A stretch of 64,000 nt of DNA from Microthyrium microscopicum (lineage: Eukaryota), in assembly GCA_010405405.1 (NCBI GenBank), contig MU004239.1, positions 1,240,001 through 1,304,000 on the forward strand, in the 5' to 3' direction. Positions 51,015 through 63,356 of this stretch are shown here, in pieces. Positions within the stretch are counted from its first letter, which is position 1; each line of letters opens with the position of its first letter. Both the position numbers and the translations under genes were made by a program. The notes under the pieces were generated by a model. The model was not told where the DNA came from, made no database searches, and worked only from the letters and a program-made list of their open reading frames with translations.

Positions 51015-51509
51015 GGCTCACTCCATGAGACGGTGAGGGTGTCCTCCACTGCGCAATCATCACTTTCCAGTACCAGTAACAGCGAGTCTATGTCTGTATA
51101 ATCATCATACATCGATTTTCTACTCCTCTCTACTCCTCTAAATCATTCCGCTCCACTTCCAAACATTCCAACAACTCTTCTTCTACAACTTCACCAGAAA
51201 ACACCTTCTTATTTCCAGAGTGGTAATTAACTGAAATACAGTATATTATTGTTGGAAGACCATCAATCCGTCACTTACTTTATGTTGACCATACACCCTA
51301 TCCTCTCCAGATTCGAGAAGACTTGTTTTTGAACATCGTCAACAACACCAGGAGCAAAGTGACTCCAGCATTCATATCACAAATTCAGTATCTCATCTGT
51401 ATATCGACTGGCTCTAATCCCTCTATCCCTCCACCAAGCCGACTACCAGCGCACTTGTTTATTATCTTACTCTCAATCGATCAGACTACTACATGAAGAA
51501 ACCATCAAC

Positions 51510-53540
51510 ATGTCACTACCCACCCCCAATAAGACGCCAAGTCCCAACGACCACAAGAACCAAAGAAAAGCAGACGAGTCGACATCCGTACAGCCAACCA
51601 GCATGGAGATATCCTCTAACATCCAGACTCCTAGCAAGACATCTCCTCGCCATCAAGCTTCCGAATCACCTGGACCATTCTCATCACCACCAATAAGCAT
51701 GTCAACGTCAACAAATCCCGATACACCCAGTCGCAGCATATTGGACTCCTCCGTCGAACCGGACACCTCACAGGCACTGACCAACCTGACTTCAGGTTAC
51801 AAATGGCCACCGGACCCGCCACGCACCGAGGCAGATCGTCTCTTCGAAGAATTCAAAGCCACGTATGTCCCAAAATCAGAGCTCTACACACAGATCGTAC
51901 CAGAAGTCACTCAGTTCATCGAGATATGCAAGTGGTTGCGTGGTTTCATACAAGCGGGTGCTATTCGTCAGCCATGTGTAACTGATGAGTGGTTTTGGCT
52001 GTACATGGCATACAGATGGCACACATACGGACATTCAGCATGGCTACATGACTTTCACGCCATTGGAGTCGCAGATGTCGAGCAGTTCAGCAAAACATTC
52101 GCTGCTAGTGGATGGAAAGAGGCATTTCGAGCCTGCCTTCCCGAAGCGGAAGTTGACTGGGCAAATTCATTATTCCCAGACTCAAACCGACTCAGTGGAG
52201 CAGTTGAGGACGCGAATTCCCGATATCAGGCAGCACTGGCTGATCCTTCACAATGCGTGTTGAATGAGGCGGCTTTGGAGGCCATTGTGAATGAATTGCC
52301 AGAAGACAAGTCGAAGTTGGCAATCTTCCACGTACTGGAAGAGGTAAAGAGCCGTCAAAAGGCGGCCACAGAAAAAATTCGACAAGTTACGGCTTCCTCC
52401 TCGAATTCGTCCAGTGAAGTGTTCCCCAACGGCTTCTCGTGGCAGCTGGCAAATGCATCCAAAGGTAAAAAGACCAATGCAGCTTTCGCACAGGGACAAG
52501 TTTGTGCTCGCTGTAGAGCAAAGAAGAAGAAGTGCGACAGAGCAAGACCACAGTGCGGGCCATGCGTGAGCCGGGGTTTTGCTTGTAATTACGATGGTGT
52601 TGACCTTGAAGATGAGAAGATTGCTGCTCACAAAGAACCTGATGCCAAAGCCTGTTTGAGGTGTAAGAGCAAGAAGCTGAGATGTGATGGAGCAAAACCG
52701 GCGTGTCGAGCATGCAATCTCGAGGGGCGTAACTGCTTTTATGATGATGAGAATGCCCGCCTCGGAAGTGGCGATGTCAACTCGCACCAAAGAGCGTTCT
52801 CAAGCTTCGCACAATCGTCCAAAAAGCGGCGAATCGAGGACACGCTTGCCCCTGTTTGCGATGAACCTAGCTCCAAGAGAAGCAAAACATTGAATCCAGA
52901 GCCTCAATCCAGCAGTGTCGATGCATCAAAAGTTATTCGAGGCAAATCCGTTCTCACCTCCTGGCAAAATATCGAGGGAGAAAGTTCAAGCTCAGGCACA
53001 AATCTCATCGAAGCTCAAAAACCAATCGTACGCAATCCAAGACTTGACCAAGAAATCGGCTGGATGAATGAAGACAATATCCCAGATCACAAGACTTATG
53101 TCGACTACTATCACACCCGCAAAGGAGCAAGGTACTTTCGGACCATGTCAAGAACCAAACGCTACAAATTGCTCGATGTCATGGACAAGGACGAGTTCAA
53201 ATGGTTTGACCTCAAACGACATTGGGCCCGCTGCCATTATGGTGAGCATATGAAAGTGTACCAATTCGAGGCAGCGATCGACGAGAAACCTGTGGATAGG
53301 GGACCATTCATTATGGATATGGTAAAGTCGGGATGGCTGGTTGTGGATGGATTGCCAGATGATGATGAGGACGACCTATGGACGGCGGGGAGACCGGTGA
53401 AAGCGCCGGTAGGTGATGTGGTGGCCGCCACTGAGACTCCTCCAGAAACAGCACGTATGGAAACATTGCCTCAATGTTCGTCGACGACGATAATGTTGAT
53501 TGAGAATACAGCTGCTACTGATGCAGTAACTGAGCTGTAG
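51510..53540 (+). CDS. Protein with two tandem internal Zn(II)2Cys6 clusters
   Basis: CARCRAKKKKCDRARPQCGPCVSRGFAC (~52503-52586) and CLRCKSKKLRCDGAKPACRACNLEGRNC (~52653-52737) in a 676-aa uninterrupted ORF. Confidence 0.85.
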   Translation: MSLPTPNKTPSPNDHKNQRKADESTSVQPTSMEISSNIQTPSKTSPRHQASESPGPFSSPPISMSTSTNPDTPSRSILDSSVEPDTSQALTNLTSGYKWPPDPPRTEADRLFEEFKATYVPKSELYTQIVPEVTQFIEICKWLRGFIQAGAIRQPCVTDEWFWLYMAYRWHTYGHSAWLHDFHAIGVADVEQFSKTFAASGWKEAFRACLPEAEVDWANSLFPDSNRLSGAVEDANSRYQAALADPSQCVLNEAALEAIVNELPEDKSKLAIFHVLEEVKSRQKAATEKIRQVTASSSNSSSEVFPNGFSWQLANASKGKKTNAAFAQGQVCARCRAKKKKCDRARPQCGPCVSRGFACNYDGVDLEDEKIAAHKEPDAKACLRCKSKKLRCDGAKPACRACNLEGRNCFYDDENARLGSGDVNSHQRAFSSFAQSSKKRRIEDTLAPVCDEPSSKRSKTLNPEPQSSSVDASKVIRGKSVLTSWQNIEGESSSSGTNLIEAQKPIVRNPRLDQEIGWMNEDNIPDHKTYVDYYHTRKGARYFRTMSRTKRYKLLDVMDKDEFKWFDLKRHWARCHYGEHMKVYQFEAAIDEKPVDRGPFIMDMVKSGWLVVDGLPDDDEDDLWTAGRPVKAPVGDVVAATETPPETARMETLPQCSSTTIMLIENTAATDAVTEL

Positions 53541-54417
53541 TGGTCGTTAGCTTTGCTGGGAAGACAATGCTGTTCGCGTCTCTTGTCCGCTTGCTCTCAA
53601 CATCTCATGCTTTAATCGTTGTTTGTTCTCATCATGTTTGCTGGCTCGTGTCTTCACGATATCATGCCACGGCGACTCGAGTTTTCTCCAATGGGAAAGG
53701 TGAGGGCCTTCTATCGAGGTTACCATCGCTTGCCCCCCTTATTGAAAGACTGATGGAGTCTTAAGATGCGCAGATCATTACAGTATACTATTCGGTTGTA
53801 GTCTTAGTTCAATGAATGGTTTGTGACTGAAATTTGGGCCTTTCCCCTTTCTAAATGTGAATATTAGAATAACGTTGGGGATAGACATCGTATTCAATCC
53901 CAGCACTTTCTGTTCCCTATACGCTGCTATAAGGCTAGAATAAACAGTGGAGGTTGAAACGGTAATCAACGGTCGTTAGAAGAAGACACCAAGGAAGGAG
54001 GTCAGAAAGAATCGAAGTTCGAAGAAGGAAGGCACGTTGTTTCTTGGCGCTAGATCTGAAATAGGTAGGCTTTTCAAAACGAAGGAGGCTAAGATCAAAG
54101 ATTTACTGACTAAGCACTCCCATTGCCGGTTGTGATTGATGGGCCGATGGAGAAAGTACCTGCTTGCTATTCCTCTATTACAGAAAGTTGAGCTTTCCAA
54201 GTCGAGGTGTTTGCTGGCGAGTAACAGACCTTGCCGCTGCTTGCACCCTTCATCAGAATGTTTTCCTCCAAGTTAGACACGCATGCCACGTAGTATCGGC
54301 ACCCACCACCTACCAAACACGGCCGCCAATTGACGACTTAACAAGAGCTTGGAACGCGAATTCTCGTCTGTGCTGGGAAGGCATTTATCAAAAACTTTAC
54401 AGAACTGGGAGGGAAAA

Positions 54418-57400
54418 ATGGAGGATCCAATTCGAAATCAGACTCAGGCTCCAGCCCCGCAATCATTTCAGGATGTTGAGCAGTTAGTCATGAAGCTATA
54501 TCAGCCTGGATTATCACCACAAGAGCTCTTCGAGATACAAAGAAGCTTGCATGAGTTACAACTCTCCGAACATGGCTGGGATATTGCCAATGCGCTTCTC
54601 GGCAGTCAAAATCAGACAGCTCGATTCTTTGGCGCATTGACATATACGATCAAGTTGAATTCAGTGGGGTAAGCATGCTTTTCGCTATACAACATGGTCT
54701 AACTTACTCTAGGGGTACTCTAGACTCTGATTCAAAGGATTCTTTGGAGAAGAACATTCTACATTGGATAGTAAGTTTGCAGTGATTACTCTTTTAGATG
54801 AGTCGGAAAGGTGGCCTGCTTTCATATAGTGACCTCGACCATCAAGCACGGCGCTCAAGACCACTATTTGAAGCTTAAACTTGTCTCTTGCGTGGCCGGT
54901 GCTCTCAATATCGCTAATTATAGTCTAACGTATCATAGGTAACATGCGCACAACAGAACGACCATAGAACGACTACAAAGCTATCTACGACATTGGCTCT
55001 CTTCTACTTACTTAACACAGATAAGCTGGAATTGGCCGTCACCAAGCTCACTTTAGGATGTCTAGGCAAAGAAACCAGCTTTTTGGGCGAGGGGTTCAAG
55101 ATTCGAAATGTCGATAAGTCAGAGCTAGCCACTTTAAAGCCCGATTTTTACAAGATGATAATTCTCTTTATTGCTGCACTAGGAGATGAAGCTGGCAAGA
55201 TGATGCCGACTCTGACTCCGCAGAAGTACTCTCAACTCATGGAAGAGTACGAGAAAATGATACCAGACGTTTTGTTTCTCATTCATTTTGCTTTGGCTGA
55301 ATATGGACGATCAACAGGCGACGTCGAAAGCTACACGCCTATATGCAACTATGCAATGGCCAGTTTCGCTACAATCAATCATTTTTGTCTCAACCATGGC
55401 AATCAAAAAACCGAAACACTCACATCATTATCAGCATGTCTGACTGCATCTATCAATTGGTGTATGACATCGCTAGCTGAGGATGCCTTGGAACAACTCG
55501 TCGAGATCATGTCTACTGGATCCAGAATATTCAACGAAGCTCACTATGGCGCTGTATCTCAGTTACTGCGAAGTGATTGGGCAAAGCAGAGTCTGCAGTC
55601 TCTGCAGTCTGAACCTGAATACGAATCAGAAAGTCAGTTTCTGCCGCTAATGTTGGCTTACGGCGAAACACAAGTTCAGAGTCTACTTGAGAGCATTCAT
55701 GATAATGAGAAGGGTCCAGCTGCACGAGAGATTGTTGATACAATGCAAGAGCTTTTAAAGTGTCAAGGATACCCGGAAGTGGAAGATCAGGTTATTCCTG
55801 GCGCCCTGGAATTCTGGAACAAGTTTGTGGAAGACATTGAAGACTGCATAGGCGAGGGCACGGCTGATTCCTGGATAAGCTACGCAAAAGAAGTCGTCAA
55901 TGTGATGGCTCAGCAGATCTGCTACAAAATCCAAGTCCCGCCTCCGCTGGACTGGGAGTCCTGGCCAGCCGATGACAAAAAGTCGTTACGAGACTTCAGA
56001 ACGGATGTTAAAGACCTCTTGCAATCGTCGTATCGAATCATTGGAACTCCTCTGGTCGAACTTTTTGCTGGCAGAGCTACACAAGCTGCTTTGAACTCCA
56101 ATTTCATTAGAGTTGAGAGTTCACTTTTCAGTCTCGTTGCTCTTGAAGCGTCCTCGGATGAGCACAACGACACGATATTCGCTTCACTGTTTGATTCTTC
56201 GTTATATTCTCAAATTTTGACCGACGACGACTTGAATCGACGCAGCCATAGCACTGGAATATTTCTCATAGGACAATCGACAATGTTCTTTGCTCGCAAT
56301 CCTCAGTACCTACCAGCAGCTCTCAATTTCTTATTCCCTTCTCTTCAGGACCCGAAAACATCTGATCAAGCATCTCGTGCTATTCATTCTCTTTGTTCAT
56401 CATGTCGAAAAGCATTGGTGCCAGAACTCGGTAACTTCCTGACACAGTACGAGCTTTTCATATCGCTACCGACGGCCAACGAATTTGCGGTGGAGCGCGT
56501 GTCTGGAGCTATAGGATTTCTCCTGCAAGCACTTCCATCGCTTTCAAACACGATATCAGGCGTGAATACGTTACTCACGTATGTTAAAACGGGTATTGCT
56601 TCAGCCAAAGGACTCTTAAGCCAAGGACAGACCGAAGATGGTCGTGGTGTTGCCACCAAGTCTATGAGATGCTTGTCCAGCATAGCAAAATCACTACAAG
56701 CTCCGACAGACGAGAATCTGGTTGACTTGGAGGCGGAAGATGACAAGGAGCCTGTGATTGACGACCAAACTAAGCAGGAACTGCATGATTTACAGTCACG
56801 CATATTCGAAATTCTGTCTGATACGATGAGCATTCTAGGTAAGATCTCTCCAATGCTTTAGTCTATGAGCATGTTGAGCTGATATGTCCCAGGTGATGAT
56901 GGCGATATCATCGAAGATATCTGCAGTGTTTTCAAAGCTGGTTTTACAGAGCCGCACTATACCCCTTTTCACTTTGCTGCCAATATCGTCGTCCAGTTCT
57001 TCCAAGCTACAACTATCACAACTCCTCGAATTGAGTCTGTTCTCCGTATGGGCTGTTCATTCCTCCGCTCCCTCAGATCTGACCCCGAAACTACCCAATC
57101 TGTCACTGCATTGGCACTTCATCTAGCAAACCTCATTCAACAGCTTCAAGACCCACGGGCCGATGCCGAAATAGCCCAAAGCTTACTGGAGATGCTGACT
57201 CGCTTCATGCCCGCTCACATTGACACTCTTCTCACCATCCAGCCAGTCTCACTGGTTGAGACTCTGCTTGGTAAGACTCCCCGTTAGCGTTGGTCGAGCC
57301 TAGTATACGCCCCAGAGCTCGATGGTGCCGGATACCGAATTCTCTGACAAGCTACTAACGCCCTGCAGGCTTCACCGTAACCGCTATCGAAGTACCCGAA

Positions 57401-57870
57401 CCTCTCCCAAAACGCTCCGCCCTAACATTCTGGGTACATCTCCCTCTATTGCCATCTGCCCTGAGCAACGTACTGACAATCCCCAGAACACCCTCCTCGA
57501 TCTACCACCCTCACCAAACCTCAACGCTGTCCTCTCACACTACGGTCCCACCCTCTCATCCGCCATCATTGGCCAACTCTGCGGCCAAGCCACGCGCGTC
57601 GATCTCGATTTCTTTGTCGGGCCATTGCGGAAACTCGTGCGCCGTGATGTGCACGCCAAAACCTGGCTTCTCGACGCGCTTGCTCAGCGAAATGTAGATG
57701 GCGTAGTTGCGAGACGCTTTGTGATGCAGCTGGGCGTAGCGACGACACAGCGGGCGACGAAAGATCTGGTGAGTGCGTTCTGGAGTGCTAGTATGGGAGT
57801 CAGTTTCGGTGGATATGTCCCACAGCGAATGGCGCGCGCTGAGATGATGAGCCCATCGGGAAGTACCTAA
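54418..57870 (+). CDS. Importin-beta family karyopherin (importin-13/Kap122-like)
   Basis: IQRSLHELQLSEHGWDIANALL...RFFGALT N-terminus, ALEFWNKFVE, DFRTDVKDLLQSSY, ASRAIHSLCSSCRKAL, GQATRVDLDF HEAT-repeat motifs; about 5 introns. Confidence 0.88.
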
Positions 57871-58010
57871 ACGCGCAGATGAGCTTGTTGGGTAGCTACG
57901 AAATGGTGGATGGCCTTGTTAAGTAGTCTGGAATGCTGATGATATTATGTCTATATGTTCCTCTCATGCTTTTATACACTCGTGCCTCGAGCTTTTAACC
58001 ACATGTAATC

Positions 58011-58575
58011 CTACAAACTGCCAAAACCAGCCAGCGCAAAACTGAGTCCAAAGCTCAACTTGAACGCCACATTATCCTGTACCGCAGATTTAATGTCGAT
58101 GCCTTTGAAATACCGCTGCATAGTCTTATACGGCACCACATGGATCCCAATATGTTCCATATACTACATTCCTCATTAGCACCACTCTCTTCCCCAGAAG
58201 GATGACGAACCTGTACACCAGCAACCAACAATCCAATCAACAGCGCCAACGGCTTACTGAAGAAACTCACCAATACACCACCCGCCAAACCTACAAGTCC
58301 CAATCAGCAAACACTCTTTTTATACCTGTACACCTCCCCCCCTCTTCATGCTCCATACACCATCACTTACCAAGCAAAACCCCCGAACTAACCTGCTTCA
58401 ACGCCCCCTGACTAATCCCCCCCTGTTTCACCAACGGCTTAAACGGCGCTGGCGCATCGCATTTCAGTGCCGGGCGCGAATTTAGGAGCGGTTGCAGTGT
58501 GAGGATCGAAGTTATTGAGAAAGCCGCGGGGAGGGCGAAGGGTCGGAGGGGCCGGAGGAGGAGACGGGATGCCAT
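58011..58575 (-). CDS. FUN14: FUN14/FUNDC family mitochondrial membrane protein
   Basis: Presequence-like N-terminus, KQVSSGVLLG|LAGGVLVSFFSKPLALLIGLLVAGVQ|YMEHIGIHVVP...DNVAFKLSFGLSFALAGF; two introns. Confidence 0.8.
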
Positions 58576-59129
58576 TGGGTTTGTTGAGAGGGGGGGTGTA
58601 TGGAGGTAGAATTGAGGTGGTGGTATTTGAGATGGGTGTGGTGGTGATGTGTGTAAGGGTTGGATTGACGTCGGCGGCGGATGCGGATGGGTTGGGATGG
58701 GATGGGTCGGAGTTAAATCCGGGGAAGTTTGGGGGTTATTGCATGCCTCGGAAGGAAGGTTCTACTTTTTAGGCTTATTTGTGCAGGTAAATGGAAATAT
58801 GGAATTGTATTGGTTTTTACTACTAATGTTAAAAGTTTTGATTCAACCTTTGGTCAGTGAATGCAAGAAACGCAATATAATATGGTATAAAATTTGACAT
58901 TATACATCCACCGACCACATCTCAACCGCTAAACACTACAAACTACCACTCTACTAAGTATATAATATCTACAATAAACTCATACAATGCGCATGTCAAT
59001 CCCTCCATCTAAGCCGTATCATAATATCTAACAGGGGTATTCTGCGCATAAACCTCTTTGCGCCACATCATGAAAAAAAGAAGATATTCATAAAACCGTG
59101 CTCGTATCCCTATCATCTTTCCTCATCCC

Positions 59130-60617
59130 TTAGGCAATAAGGGAAGTCGGATTCTTATAAAATGTGTCGTAATGCGCTCTCATCTCCACACACTTGTCTG
59201 CATCAACTTCACATGAAGCGGCCACCAACTCCTCCCACAACGTCTTCTCAACATCATACCCAAATAGACCTTCCAGCCCATCCACGGGTCCCCAGATACG
59301 CAATCTCGTCCCGTTTTCGTCGCGCCAGCTATCGACGCTTTCGAAGGCGTGCGCGACGTCCATTTTGACGAGATTGTTGTGGATGAAAAATGGGCGTGCT
59401 GCTACGTCTTTCTGCGGCTGTTTCTTCAGATGAGAGAGGGTGTAGTCTTCTAGCGGATCGCCTTGGTGCATCCCGGCGGTATACCAGGTTCCGTTGAGTG
59501 GTCGGCCGAGCACACCGACGGGCGTGGTACATGCGTAGAAGGGTAGGGAGAGGGCGAGGGCGGCGTGGAGGAATGTTTCTTTATCGCCTTCGCCTTGCGC
59601 GCCTTGGCTGAAGAGTGGGTAGTAGAAGTGGGGGCCGTAGTAGTTGTAGTATGTGGCGAGTAGGAGGGAGGATGCGTGTGTGTGTTTGTTGTATAGCATT
59701 ATGCCGCTCTCGCTGCTTCGGCGCGCATCGAGGGGTGGGACGGGGAGGGAGGCGATGTCGTAGAAGAGGTGGCTGACTGTGCTGACCCAGAAGTCTGGCC
59801 AGGTTACTAGGCCGGTGGACGTATATGGTTCGAGGGCGAGGAGGGCGTCGGGGTTGTGCGCGGGGAAGGCATCGGCGTCGAGGAAGAGGATGTGCTCGAA
59901 GGAGGAGAAGAGCAGGGCGAAGGACTTGTATTGGTATTTGAGGAGGGTGCCGAATTTGGGGGTTTGGGACCATTGTTCGCTCATTACGAAGCAGTGCGCG
60001 TTCATGGCTGGGAGGATCTTTTCGCAGGTTCCTATGTCGTAGTCGTCCCAGCTGTCAAGGAATACTTCGACTGGTAGTTCGGAACCTGCGCGGCGGAGCA
60101 TGCGCACGCTGGTTATGGCGACGCCAAAGTAGCGGCCGCCTGCGGTCATTACGACACCACGCGAGCCGGGCGTGTATGGAAGTCGTGAACTTAGCGTTTT
60201 GATGCCTTCGACCATCGTTCTATGAGATACTTGCATCGCAGCCAAGTCCTCGGCTTCCATGTGTGTAATGTCAAGACGAGGGTGGTCTTTTGCGTTTTTG
60301 ATGTCCACCTGCTCATCTTCTCGGCTTGCTTGTCCGTCTGGTTTTATTTCCTTCGACATTGGTTCCGCAGAGACCAGAACATCTACGAAATCTTTCCAGA
60401 ACGAGGTCAATGCCGGGGTTTTGAGTGGGTTCATTTCCGCCGCTGGTAGACGACCAATGCCCGGACGATTTGGCGACGTCGCGGAGCCATGGTAAGGTGG
60501 TTTGTAAACCCATTCCGGTGTGTGTATTCGGCGTGTAAAGAGGAGGAACGATGCAATAAGAATGGTGAGAATGACAAAGGTGCGGGTAGGGACCCTCATT
60601 TTCGGTAAGGAGGTCAT
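59130..60617 (-). CDS. MNN2: Alpha-1,2-mannosyltransferase, GT71 (Mnn2/Mnn5 family)
   Basis: Type II TM anchor; RGVVMTAGG, LPVEVF, YQYKSFALLFSSFEHILFLDADAFP, WPDFW, ESG, GEGDKETF. Confidence 0.92.
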   Translation of the reverse strand: MTSLPKMRVPTRTFVILTILIASFLLFTRRIHTPEWVYKPPYHGSATSPNRPGIGRLPAAEMNPLKTPALTSFWKDFVDVLVSAEPMSKEIKPDGQASREDEQVDIKNAKDHPRLDITHMEAEDLAAMQVSHRTMVEGIKTLSSRLPYTPGSRGVVMTAGGRYFGVAITSVRMLRRAGSELPVEVFLDSWDDYDIGTCEKILPAMNAHCFVMSEQWSQTPKFGTLLKYQYKSFALLFSSFEHILFLDADAFPAHNPDALLALEPYTSTGLVTWPDFWVSTVSHLFYDIASLPVPPLDARRSSESGIMLYNKHTHASSLLLATYYNYYGPHFYYPLFSQGAQGEGDKETFLHAALALSLPFYACTTPVGVLGRPLNGTWYTAGMHQGDPLEDYTLSHLKKQPQKDVAARPFFIHNNLVKMDVAHAFESVDSWRDENGTRLRIWGPVDGLEGLFGYDVEKTLWEELVAASCEVDADKCVEMRAHYDTFYKNPTSLIA

Positions 60618-61867
60618 AGCAGGTCAAGGTCAACGTTGTAGGGCATGGATGTTGATATTGGAGCCGCGATCGACGACAGGCACGGGTGGGATAGGTTGGA
60701 AGATGGGTGGGTAGGATATGGAGAGTGTTTCGAGATTTTGGAGATGTAGTAAGAGTTTGTGTAACGAAAGTAAATTGTGCAAGAAGGAGAGAGGGGATGT
60801 TATCAAGAAGGCGAAGGAATTGTGGAAATTAAAGAGAAGCAACCAGTGAACATCTCAATAATCAAGGCAGCGCTTGCTGCTGGATCACGCCAATGCTTCG
60901 CCGTTCAAATGCAATGCTTAGTACAGGCAGGTACGGAGTACAGTGTTAGTTGTGCAGAGGTTACATAGCAGCAAGGGTAGTGAAGGAGGAGACACCGTAT
61001 TCCTCAAATGGTAACACGATGGTCAAGATGCATCCGCAAGGAACCGCCGTTGAAGGAATCAGGAGTGGCGCATCCAAAATCGTCAGTTGAGGTTGGATCT
61101 GGATCAATTGGTTGTTGATTGCCGAATGCAGTTCTGAGAGGGAAAGTCCATGCAGTCTGCAGCTCCAGGGGCAACCAAAACGGCTCCAAGCCACAATTCT
61201 ATTTTAAGAAACACTCCATCAAGTCCTCTATTATTCAACATGTCACTTGATGATAATGGAATTTTGATACCTTCTCTTATCATTGCCTTGCGCTAGTCAA
61301 CAATACGACATTATCCGTACTAGCTTTCAAGCTAATATACCAATACCCAATACCCTTCCTTTTGAATAGCTCCATGCTGAACCAATTCCTATCCTGCCGC
61401 ATAACTCCTTGAAATCATAAACAGCTTCAATAATGGGATATCATGACATGAAAGAAGGAAAAAAACTCGAAACCTTGCATCCTGGACAGCCAACGATCAA
61501 AGCATCTGCCACTTGCTGTTCTGTGGAAAACCATCAAGTTCTGGTCGTCTATTGCATCTTCATCGCCATCGTCTGTCGTACATCCTTGTATTTGGCATAT
61601 CCTGGCCGGTATTTTTTCGGAAATATTGTCTTTGCGCGTATATGCCTTTCAAGTCGATGAGAAGCGTGGTGTCGATGAGAATCGTACTGTCGACGGCCGC
61701 GACTCATTTGCCTCCGTCTCGGCTTCCACATCTATGTCTGTTTCTGCGCTAATCTCGTCTCCTGTCGCTCCTGTCATGATGTTGAGTTTCGATCGTCTTC
61801 TCTTAACTGTTCGACCTTGTGGCTGGGAATTGGCAACGTATAGTTCGACATTTAGCTCAGCCGGCTT

Positions 61868-63356
61868 CTAAGCAGATGAGCCAACTGCCGCCTCGGCTGC
61901 TCCATTAAGGAATGAAGAGCTATTATCGTTCTGTCCACTCGCATCTGACATCAATTGATCAGTATCGCCTTCTTCGCCCATGCCATCAACGTCAGGCCAG
62001 AAGCGTTGAGCGAGGAAGCATGCTTGACGGAAGACTTGTTCGCAGCGTTGCATTTCCTCTTTGCCATTGGCAATTGTTGGCGAGATTGCCAATTCGTCAA
62101 CAAGTCCTCGACAGGCATCTACAAACTTGGAAAAGGCTGGAGATGTCCAGTTTGGGATCAGTGACTGGTGGAGTGCAGCAATATGGGCTTCTGCTGAAGG
62201 CCCTGAGAGAGTCGAGGTGAATGACTGGGCGTACATCCAAGCAGATCTATAAACCTAGAAAGGGTGAGAATAAATCAGAAGCACAAACATAGCAAACTTA
62301 CATGTTCTGTAGCCCAGAGAACAACCATGCCCTCAAGTAATGAAGCCGATGGACTACTAACACCATGGAACAAGTCGAGATATGCTCTGGTGATGAAGTT
62401 TGGCGGATCGTCAGTCAGCTGGATTCCATACTTAGTGGCAGTGATCTCAAAGAAGCTCATTTCACGTCTTATGTTGTTCAGGGCAGAAATGAGAAGGTCC
62501 ATCGTCCGGTACATTGGATGGAATTGCGAATTCGCAACTGTCGGGAGTCGAATCTTTGCAATCAATGCGCCAATGAATTGAATATATCCACGAGTATAAT
62601 GTGCATCCTGAACCATCCATATTGCGAGGGGTTTGGGCGACAATGTACCACATCCTGCATGGGAGAGGAAAGGTTGTTGCGTCGCGTTTGCGAAGACGAC
62701 CGCATTGGTATGTAGCAGATGGGCCGTCAGGCTTGGTTGAGGTGGTTGAGCTGCACGAATGGGAGCTGGAACAAGAGGGGGATCTTTGCGCTTTTGATTG
62801 GGACCACGACGATGGATTTGTAGGTTCGGATTAGGATGAGTGCCGTTCAGCATCGCTCGTGTTGTCTCAGTAGCTAGCTGCTCTTCTGCCTCTTGACTTG
62901 CAAAATGGGCGTTGGCTTCGGGAGAATTTAGATACACCTGGCATTCTTGAAGATGCTCAATCTGGCGGGTGGTGTTCTTCGCGCGCGTGTAGCCGCAATG
63001 CAGGCAACGGACCTTGGCGCACTGTAGACATGGATGATAAGTATAGATAAAGAGCTAATTGCTACGGAATGATATGTATGAACGTCGGGCTCGGGAGGGC
63101 GGGACAATGTATAGGTAATGCGCGATATCAGATGAGCAGTAGCATACTGACCTTGCTGGGAGAGTCCGTGTCCTGAAATTCCTGGTAGGCTTTGCGAATG
63201 TCTGGATTTGCGTGTCCTAAACAGCGGTTAGAAAGCTTGTATGATCAATCTGTCAAAAGAGTGGCGAATTTTGGCTGTAAGGGCCGGCGCTATGCACCAG
63301 GCTTACTAGTCGGCATTGTGCGCTTGATGAAAGAAAACGGGAGACTCACTGCCCAT
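61868..63356 (-). CDS. TenA_E/heme-oxygenase-like protein with an N-terminal BED-like zinc finger
   Basis: Microexons give MGRHANPDIRKAYQEFQDTDSPSK-CAKVRCLHCGYTRAKNTTRQIEHLQEC; then ATQQPFLSHAGCGTL, WMVQDAHY, LWATEHVY, LIPNWTSPAF. Confidence 0.85.

Noticed and set aside
54771..54938. Other long introns (also 17066-17294 and 35000-35158) as snoRNA hosts
   Set aside because: No paired C and D boxes were found; H/ACA RNAs cannot be excluded by eye.
63023..63349. TPP riboswitch in the introns of the TenA-like gene
   Set aside because: No GCTGAGA or TGAT..GATAAT..CAGCG aptamer core is visible.
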